A stretch of DNA of 13,199 nt from a virus (taxonomy: Duplodnaviria; Heunggongvirae; Uroviricota; Caudoviricetes), in the IMG/VR virus record IMGVR_UViG_651053023_000013, positions 1-13,199 of that record. The stretch is one strand, 5' to 3'. A program made the position numbers and the translations under genes. The notes under the pieces were generated by a model, which was not told the origin of the DNA, did no database searches, and saw nothing but the letters and a program-made list of their open reading frames with translations. Positions 7,789 through 13,199 of this stretch are shown piece by piece. Numbering within the stretch: position 1 is the first letter of the stretch; each line of letters opens with the position of its first letter.

Positions 7789-8295
7789 ATGAATTTAAGC
7801 GCAATGGTATACCCTGATACTTTCATAATTAATGGCGAATCATTTAAAGGTAAAAGAAACGCAAAAGAAAACAAGGTATTAATTCCATATACAAATGAAC
7901 CGGAAGTAACTATTGGTCAACACATTATCCAGTGTGTCGGTAAAAACGAGATAAATCTAAAAATTATAGATATGAAGTTGCTTCCCAATGGAACCCTCAG
8001 ACAGGGAACCAACCATCCAAATATGTTGACGCTCTATATTGAAAATATCACGGGAAATGAACATATGACGCCACCTAAAAGTAATACATTTAACATTGGT
8101 TCAATTAGTGGTAATCAAGTGCAGATAGGTGAGCATAACCATATGCTGGTAAACATCAGCATCACTGAACTGGTTGAAAAAGTCTCTAAATCGGGGGATG
8201 TACAAGCCAAATCAGTATTAAAGCAGTTACTGGAAAACAGTACCGTTGCCAGCATTGTTGGGGCTGGCGCAAGTGCCTTAATAGGCTTACTGTAA
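7789..8295 (+). CDS. Unrecognised 168-aa protein with C-terminal hydrophobic glycine-zipper segment; AT-rich accessory gene (moron)
   Basis: Only credible plus-strand gene inside the island. Roughly one-third GC by eye against about half in neighbouring genes. Own promoter, ribosome-binding site and terminator. C-terminal ...NSTVASIVGAGASALIGLL is a likely membrane anchor. Internal NIGSISGNQVQIGEHNH is not assignable from memory. Confidence 0.7.
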   Translation: MNLSAMVYPDTFIINGESFKGKRNAKENKVLIPYTNEPEVTIGQHIIQCVGKNEINLKIIDMKLLPNGTLRQGTNHPNMLTLYIENITGNEHMTPPKSNTFNIGSISGNQVQIGEHNHMLVNISITELVEKVSKSGDVQAKSVLKQLLENSTVASIVGAGASALIGLL

Positions 8296-8303
8296 AAAAA
8301 TGA

Positions 8304-8320
8304 CCTGGAGAAAATCCAGG
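8304..8320. terminator. Bidirectional intrinsic terminator between convergent genes
   Basis: Stem CCTGGA (8304-8309), loop gaaaa, stem TCCAGG (8315-8320). On the minus strand it is followed by T7 (complement of A7 at 8294-8300); on the plus strand by an interrupted T-rich run. Confidence 0.5.
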
Positions 8321-8331
8321 CCTTTATCGCT

Positions 8332-8580
8332 TTATTGTTTCACTGGATCCCGCATTCTGCGTCTTATTTTCCACAGATATTCGATCATCGCTTCCACCTG
8401 CTCACGATTGGTTGCGAAAATTTCCCCGGTCAGTGAGCTGCGCAGAAAATCATGATGATCCACAACAAACAACGCATCGGAAGAAAGCAGACGGCGATAT
8501 TTTTTTGCTGTCGTGGTTTCCAGATCATCAAAACCATGAAACTTTTTATGTTGCTGGACTTCTTCAAATGTCACTGGCAT
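8332..8580 (-). CDS. Hypothetical protein (82 aa), translationally coupled to the ProQ/FinO-like gene
   Basis: ATG at 8578-8580 overlaps the stop of the upstream ORF by 10 nt; no recognisable motif. Confidence 0.45.
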   Translation of the reverse strand: MPVTFEEVQQHKKFHGFDDLETTTAKKYRRLLSSDALFVVDHHDFLRSSLTGEIFATNREQVEAMIEYLWKIRRRMRDPVKQ

Positions 8581-9113
8581 GTATCCCCCTTTGCTGCCCG
8601 GCGCTGGCGCTTGTGCTTCTCATTCAGCGCCATCAGCCGCGTTTCTGCCTCCTGCTGTTCCTGTGGTGTCACTTCCCCACATGGCTGGCCTTTCAGGTCG
8701 TATCGTACCCCACCAGCAACCAGGGCGCGGTAATAGCGCGGAGACTGCGCATAAGATGCCAGCGTCGCACGTAATGCCCCCGGCCCGAATGCCAGCCCCC
8801 TGACGGCGAGATCCTGCATCAGGTCGTCGAATATCCCCACCTTAAGCGGCTTCGGTGCTTCCCTGTTGAATAAGTCAGGCCACATCTCAGTGAGGCGGTT
8901 AACGCGCCTGCGGTTTTTGCGCTGGCGTTTGGTCATATGCCGCCACGGTGTCACCCCTGTGGGCTGCCCTTTGCGGCTCTGCTGTGCGTTCTGATTGCCG
9001 GGTATCACTTTATGCGCCGATGTGGTTTTATCCCGCTCTTGCGCCGCCTGCGTCGTTTTCTGCGGCGTGCCGTAAATGCCTTTCGGTTTTCGGTTAATGG
9101 TCAGCTTTGTCAT
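8571..9113 (-). CDS. ProQ/FinO-domain RNA-binding protein with an N-terminal basic, Q-rich extension of about 75 aa
   Basis: PLKVGIFDDLMQDL...LRATLASYAQSPRYYRALVAGGVRYDLKGQPCGEVTPQEQQEAETRL aligns by eye to the N-terminal FinO domain of E. coli ProQ (PLKIGIFQDL...LRSALRLYTSSWRYLYGV...[24 protein letters not shown]). ATG at 9111-9113 with a GGGGAAGG ribosome-binding site. Confidence 0.75.
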   Translation of the reverse strand: MTKLTINRKPKGIYGTPQKTTQAAQERDKTTSAHKVIPGNQNAQQSRKGQPTGVTPWRHMTKRQRKNRRRVNRLTEMWPDLFNREAPKPLKVGIFDDLMQDLAVRGLAFGPGALRATLASYAQSPRYYRALVAGGVRYDLKGQPCGEVTPQEQQEAETRLMALNEKHKRQRRAAKGDTCQ

Positions 9114-9149
9114 GCCTTCCCCTGTAATTACTCTGTTCGCTGTTGTGAA

Positions 9150-9575
9150 TTAAAACGGTATGTTATCCCCGTACAGGTCATCGTGCTGGCCTGTCTGTTG
9201 TTTTGCCCTGTTCAGTGCGTCAGTGGCCTGCCCCTGTTGGCCTTTTTTGCCGCCCGGTCGCGCCGTTCTCGCACTGATTACGCTGTCTGCGATGACCTGC
9301 CAGCCCTGCCGCGTTTCGCCGTTCTGCCCTGTCCACTGGCTTACCTGCATGTTACCCGCCACGTTCACCAGTTCGCCTTTGCGGTGTTTTGCCAGTGCGT
9401 CGGCCTGTCTGCCAAACGCCAGGACGGATAACCACATCGTCGCCGTTCCGTCATCTGCCTGGCTGCATGGCAGGGGAACCGCCATACTCGCCATCGCCAT
9501 TTGTGTTCCCTTGCTGGTGGTCTTTAACTGCGGGTCAGCCACCAGCCGCCCGTAAGCCGCTATCTGTGCTGTCAT
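9150..9575 (-). CDS. ssb: Single-stranded DNA-binding protein (short, divergent SSB)
   Basis: 141 aa; OB-fold-like N-terminal pattern (GRLVADPQL ... WLSVLAFGRQADALAKHRKGELVNVAGNMQVSQWTGQNGETRQGWQVIADSV), Gly/Gln-rich linker and acidic tail ending DDLYGDNIPF (compare DDDIPF in E. coli SSB). Confidence 0.75.
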   Translation of the reverse strand: MTAQIAAYGRLVADPQLKTTSKGTQMAMASMAVPLPCSQADDGTATMWLSVLAFGRQADALAKHRKGELVNVAGNMQVSQWTGQNGETRQGWQVIADSVISARTARPGGKKGQQGQATDALNRAKQQTGQHDDLYGDNIPF

Positions 9576-9639
9576 GCTGTCTGCTCTCCGGTTTTAACGT
9601 TGATGGTTACGCTTGTTTACACCCTTACGGTGAAATTCT

Positions 9640-9771
9640 GCGGGTTATAATCGCACTTTTGCGGGTTATAACTGCCGTTTTGCGGGTTACGTGCGGGTTA
9701 TTGATTTCCTTTTTATTCATACAGTTAATGCACTTATATACATGATAACCCGCATAACCCGCATAACCCGC
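9640..9771. repeat. Origin-like iteron module B: four GCGGGTTA(T/C) copies at 21/21/11 bp phasing, AT-rich spacer, three abutting ATAACCCGC copies; immediately downstream of the primase-helicase gene
   Basis: Direct copies at 9640-9648, 9661-9669, 9682-9690, 9693-9701; AT-rich 9702-9744; inverted copies at 9745-9753, 9754-9762, 9763-9771. The primase stop is at 9795-9797. Confidence 0.7.
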
Positions 9772-9794
9772 AACTTTTCACCTCACACAGGGGG

Positions 9795-11918
9795 TTAATC
9801 TTCTGCCTCAGGCTGGAACATCAGCACGTAAAAAACATGCTGCTTCCCCCCAATTTTGCCGAGCGCCTTTTTCTTGTAACGGCGATCGTTACCCGCTTCC
9901 AGCATTCCGGCAGCACTCAACGCGCGGGCAAAGTGAGACGGATTAAATCCCTGTGCTATCTCACCCTCAAATACATGCGGGAACGTGTAAAAACGGAACT
10001 CGTCATCTTCGTTTCTGATACTCCCCTTTCTGTATCCGGCAAGCTCTTTAATCGGTAAATCACGCTCGTCGGTGTTGGGCCACGGAAGGTATCTGCTGAA
10101 TCCGAACGACGCTAAAAAAGCCTCTGCCTGTTCAACCATCTGTTTAAACTCCCTGTTACCCGTGCCGAACTCCTTCACCCAGGCATTAAAATTATGCTGA
10201 ATGGCATCGCGGCACGCCTGAACATCCCAACCAGTAATATGGACGGAAAGCACCAGCGCCGACTCCAGCATGGCGAATCGTTCCCCCACACGGTGAACCT
10301 GTTCGCCGTAACTCTCCGGTATCAGGTTGCGCCACCGTTCACGGCATGCCCTTACCGTATCCTTTGCCTCCTGCTGGTGGTCTGCCAGCCATTTAACCCA
10401 TTCACGCCCCGCCGCCCCGTGATTTTCTGTCCAGGCATCCTTTAACGCGTCTGCGTGTGCCTTTCCGGTGCTGTATTCGTGAAACTGCGTGGCTTTTTCC
10501 ATTGGCACGTTAAGCAGGCGGACAAGCTGCCCCGCCTTGACTTTTATCCCCTCCGTTTTGAGGAATGTCTCAACGTCCATTTCTCCGGTGCTGATTGCCA
10601 CCGTGCGCCAGTGTTTGATCTCCCTGTTGCCGCCGTCCTTCGCCCCCTGTAATTTCCCCGAACCGTTAAACAGCGTATAAGCCGACGTGGACACTTCCCG
10701 CGCGTTTCCGGCCTGACCTATTTCATCCAGGGGTAATAGCCCGTCATTGTGCGCCTCTGCCTCGTTGGCGATGCCTAACGCTGTACCGTACCAGGTCAGC
10801 CGTTGCGCGTCCGGCTCTCCCCATAAACTGGATGCGATGTTCTGTGTGGTGGTTTTCCCTGCCGATGACTGTTCGAAAAGATGTACCCCGAAGCCGTCAG
10901 CACCCACCAGCCCGATTAATGGTGCGGATAACGATACCGCCACACCCAGCATCATGGACGGATTACCACCAGCCAGCCGCGCAACGATATCGCGCCAGCC
11001 CTCCGCCGTTCCTGCCACGGAATAGCCATTAACAGCAGCCGTTTTTCCGGTAAACAGGACTGGCTTTTCGCAATCACCAATGACCGAACCGTCCGGCATG
11101 ATGTACGCGCCAAAATGCCAGCCCGTTGTTGTGCTTAACTGCCATTCCTCATGGCTTCCGCTTAACTGCATCCAGTCAGCCAGGATAGCCCTGTATTTAC
11201 CGTTGGTTGTTACGTTCAGTCCGTGGTCTTTCAGCAACCGCCAGCCGTCACGGTCGCCAATGCCACCGCACGGAACCGCCATTGTGATGACTTCATGGTT
11301 TGCTAATTTTTTCCAGCGCATCACGCGGTAATGCTCTTTACCGATTGTCCCCGTTCCCAGTAGTTCAAGCGGGGAACATAACCACGTCTCAGGCCGGATA
11401 ATTTCGCCTGACTGCTTATCCACTTTTGGCGTTACCCAGAAAACACCATCGGCGCGACTTTCAACGCGGGGCTTTAATTCATCATCGCCCTGGATTTCTG
11501 TGATTTTTTTCTTTAAGGGCAACACCAGACTTTCCCCGCGCTCGTATTCGTCTTTGAGGCGAGGCAACTGGTCGGATAAATCCGCCGGGCTGATGTCAGT
11601 TATCCCCGCGTATTCGTATACGGTCTTCACGCCAGCCACAGCCAGCAACGTGACGATCTGTGTAAGGCTACGTTCAGTGATGTGCCCTGCGCGGTAAACA
11701 CGCACACACTGACGGCTATCATCAATAATTTGATAACCGGTAATATCTTTCAGGTGTTCATCTGACAGAACGACAGGCGGCACATTGTCGGCGGCAATAT
11801 GCTTACCTGCCCATTCCTGCCACTCTTTCGCATGGCTCCACGCATCACTACCCGCAAAGATGATAACCTCCGTCATTTTGTCGGCTGGCTGGTGCTTTAA
11901 GTTTGGTGCGCGCTTCAT
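9795..11918 (-). CDS. Replication initiator: Toprim-like primase N-terminus plus DUF927/SF3-type helicase-like domain
   Basis: 707 aa; P-loop FEQSSAGKTTTQNIASSLWG and Walker B-like LLPLDEIGQAG; N-terminal region resembles a Toprim primase fold. ATG at 11916-11918 overlaps the upstream stop (ATGA). The iteron module follows directly. Confidence 0.8.
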   Translation of the reverse strand: MKRAPNLKHQPADKMTEVIIFAGSDAWSHAKEWQEWAGKHIAADNVPPVVLSDEHLKDITGYQIIDDSRQCVRVYRAGHITERSLTQIVTLLAVAGVKTVYEYAGITDISPADLSDQLPRLKDEYERGESLVLPLKKKITEIQGDDELKPRVESRADGVFWVTPKVDKQSGEIIRPETWLCSPLELLGTGTIGKEHYRVMRWKKLANHEVITMAVPCGGIGDRDGWRLLKDHGLNVTTNGKYRAILADWMQLSGSHEEWQLSTTTGWHFGAYIMPDGSVIGDCEKPVLFTGKTAAVNGYSVAGTAEGWRDIVARLAGGNPSMMLGVAVSLSAPLIGLVGADGFGVHLFEQSSAGKTTTQNIASSLWGEPDAQRLTWYGTALGIANEAEAHNDGLLPLDEIGQAGNAREVSTSAYTLFNGSGKLQGAKDGGNREIKHWRTVAISTGEMDVETFLKTEGIKVKAGQLVRLLNVPMEKATQFHEYSTGKAHADALKDAWTENHGAAGREWVKWLADHQQEAKDTVRACRERWRNLIPESYGEQVHRVGERFAMLESALVLSVHITGWDVQACRDAIQHNFNAWVKEFGTGNREFKQMVEQAEAFLASFGFSRYLPWPNTDERDLPIKELAGYRKGSIRNEDDEFRFYTFPHVFEGEIAQGFNPSHFARALSAAGMLEAGNDRRYKKKALGKIGGKQHVFYVLMFQPEAED

Positions 11919-12229
11919 TTTGCCTTTCCCCGTTCACGAATAATTTCACGTACTGCCTTAATGCGTTCCATTCCTGTAACGCGCATGATTCTGTCGATGT
12001 CGCTTAATTCTGCTGGTGGTGCTTTACTTACCAAGGTGAACTCCCTGTCAAAGCGCATATGTGACGACACGCAGGGATGCGCATAACCTTCGCGGATATA
12101 GGTCACACGAAAATCATCGACGGTTTTGATCGTTATCGTGCTGCCGTATTTATCCTGGAAAATATCGCCGGGGCGGATTTCAGGCCGAGCGGGGCCGCTG
12201 GCAGTAAAGCCAGAATTTTTCTTTTTCAT
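11915..12229 (-). CDS. Hypothetical protein (104 aa), translationally coupled to the primase-helicase
   Basis: ATG at 12227-12229 with GGAG at 8-nt spacing; stop overlaps the primase start; no recognisable motif. Confidence 0.5.
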   Translation of the reverse strand: MKKKNSGFTASGPARPEIRPGDIFQDKYGSTITIKTVDDFRVTYIREGYAHPCVSSHMRFDREFTLVSKAPPAELSDIDRIMRVTGMERIKAVREIIRERGKAK

Positions 12230-12234
12230 GTTTT

Positions 12235-12453
12235 TTACTCCAGAGGCAGCTTTTTAGCGGCGAGCTCAATATCAGATGTCAGAGAAACCTGTGTATTTGC
12301 CAGGTCTAACAACAAAGAAATAAGAATTTCTTCTCTGCTATCGGATTTATCGGTGCTAAGGCTGTTCATCCACATATTGACGACTTCCCTGATTTTTTTC
12401 GCAGAGTGCAGGGCTTCAAATGCCAGGTCTTCAATATCATGTTTATTTCGCAT
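12235..12453 (-). CDS. Hypothetical small protein (about 72 aa)
   Basis: Preferred ATG at 12451-12453 (MRNKHDIEDL...) with a GGGGG ribosome-binding site, overlapping the upstream stop by 11 nt. The tracked ORF start at 12483 is TTG. Confidence 0.4.
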   Translation of the reverse strand: MRNKHDIEDLAFEALHSAKKIREVVNMWMNSLSTDKSDSREEILISLLLDLANTQVSLTSDIELAAKKLPLE

Positions 12454-12805
12454 AATCGCCCCCGCCATTTTCACAATCAGCAATCAGGATGGCTTTTGCC
12501 TCATTCAGCGCCATATCAGCACTAAATTGCATAACAGCCAGTGAGTGAGGAACGAAAGCCCCGGCATATTCTGTTTCGCTGGTGGCCTCAATGGTAATCA
12601 CACGCGGTTGTGCCGTGCTCAGGGCGATAAAACGCCAGATGTATTTATTCAGGTTGTGCAAGTCCCGCCCTTGCGGGTGTGTGGTATGATTTAACATAGC
12701 TACCTCGATAATCTTGCTATCGTTGGTGGTTAGAAGCCCGGTTAGTGTTAGCGCACTGCCGGGTTTCGTCGTTTGTATTTCAATAAAACCATTGGTGTGT
12801 TTCAT
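12443..12805 (-). CDS. Hypothetical protein, first gene of the replication-side operon (120 aa from ATG 12805; alternative start 12697 gives 84 aa)
   Basis: ATG at 12803-12805 sits inside an operator-like inverted repeat and has no Shine-Dalgarno. An internal ATG at 12695-12697 has a GAGGT ribosome-binding site. The tracked extension to 13186 is Ser/Thr-rich and antisense to the plus-strand regulator. Confidence 0.45.
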   Translation of the reverse strand: MKHTNGFIEIQTTKPGSALTLTGLLTTNDSKIIEVAMLNHTTHPQGRDLHNLNKYIWRFIALSTAQPRVITIEATSETEYAGAFVPHSLAVMQFSADMALNEAKAILIADCENGGGDYAK

Positions 12806-12875
12806 GTTATTTTGGAGTGAAACACACGTCAAGCCTTTTTTGTATTTCTTTTTTGTGTATACTGAAACACACCAA
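12792..12875. promoter_or_regulatory. Divergent control region with three copies of TGAAACACAC (one inverted, two direct) and a -10-like TATACT
   Basis: GTGTGTTTCA (12795-12804, overlapping the minus-strand ATG), TGAAACACAC (12818-12827) and TGAAACACACCAA (12863-12875). The first and third share 13 bp in opposite orientation. TATACT at 12858-12863. Confidence 0.5.
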
Positions 12876-12893
12876 ATTTGAGGAGTTTCAGTT

Positions 12894-13199
12894 ATGGCGA
12901 CTACCAACAAAAACGCTAAATCACAATTGACCACCGTCAGAGTCCCCCACGATGTTATGGAGGGCATGGAATCCGTAAAACTGGACGGCGAAAGCAACGC
13001 CGGATTCATAGTAACCGCCATGCGCGGTGAGATCGCCCGCCGCCAGGCAGAAGGAAGCGGAGAAAATCCCCTGGTTTCTTCGCTCGATGCACTGGCGCAG
13101 GTGGAAAAAATTGGAGTCAAGGCTGCCGAGGAGATCGGGCAACTCGTCGCCGTCGCGCGTGAAGAACTCCAGCGCCGCAAGGCCAAAGAATCAGAATAA
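12894..13199 (+). CDS. Putative ribbon-helix-helix-type DNA-binding regulator (101 aa), divergent from the replication operon
   Basis: Strong ribosome-binding site GAGGAG (12880-12885), 8 nt before the ATG. N-terminus LTTVRVPHDVMEGMESVKL...NAGFIVTAMRGEIARRQ fits a beta-strand/helix/helix pattern; helical C-terminal extension. Fold assignment is by pattern only. Confidence 0.45.
   Translation: MATTNKNAKSQLTTVRVPHDVMEGMESVKLDGESNAGFIVTAMRGEIARRQAEGSGENPLVSSLDALAQVEKIGVKAAEEIGQLVAVAREELQRRKAKESE

Noticed and set aside
475-9771. CRISPR array
   Set aside because: The repeated unit is only 9 bp, copies either abut or are separated by about 12 bp, and both orientations occur around an AT-rich core. 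That is iteron architecture, not repeat-spacer architecture, and no cas genes are present.
1512-11331. Numerous plus-strand ORFs of 60-160 aa antisense to the long minus-strand genes (for example 1512-1907, 8937-9431, 9160-9555, 10747-11025)
   Set aside because: They are shadow ORFs embedded in well-supported minus-strand genes, with Cys/Ser/Pro/Arg-rich translations and no translation signals.
12443-13186. Full-length 247-aa minus-strand ORF
   Set aside because: The N-terminal 127 residues are Ser/Thr/Ala-rich and low-complexity, and are antisense to the plus-strand gene that has a strong ribosome-binding site. The real gene most likely starts at 12805 or 12697.
1-13199. Integrase, attachment site, tRNA gene, IS element or toxin-antitoxin pair
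   Set aside because: No tyrosine or serine recombinase-like ORF, tRNA-like sequence or transposase ORF was found by inspection. The regulator at 12894-13199 could be an antitoxin-type ribbon-helix-helix protein, but no partner is visible inside the window.

Overview
The window reads as most of a tail-less, HK97-type 'capsid-forming' phage satellite (cf-PICI-like island), about 12 kb, almost all on the minus strand. No tool was run: protein identities rest on motifs and remembered family sequences, and repeat coordinates were read by hand (about +/-1 nt). Layout: (1) 1-1190, a repeat-dense stretch with no credible genes, holding an origin-like iteron module, a family of perfect palindromes and a G7/C8 hairpin. 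(2) 1191-7502 (minus), a head and packaging operon in the order capsid, prohead protease, portal, head-tail adaptor, HNH endonuclease, small ORF, small terminase (split across two frames), large terminase, small ORF, with no tail genes. (3) 7727-8320 (plus), a visibly AT-rich stand-alone gene with its own promoter, ribosome-binding site and terminator, encoding an unrecognised 168-aa protein with a C-terminal hydrophobic glycine-zipper segment; this is the best candidate for novel accessory cargo. (4) 8332-12805 (minus), a replication and regulation operon: three unknown small proteins, a Toprim/DUF927-type primase-helicase, a second iteron origin immediately downstream, a short SSB, a ProQ/FinO-domain RNA-binding protein and a coupled small ORF. 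(5) 12792-13199, a divergent control region with three copies of TGAAACACAC and a plus-strand ribbon-helix-helix-like regulator. No integrase, attachment site, tRNA, CRISPR array or IS element is visible in the window.
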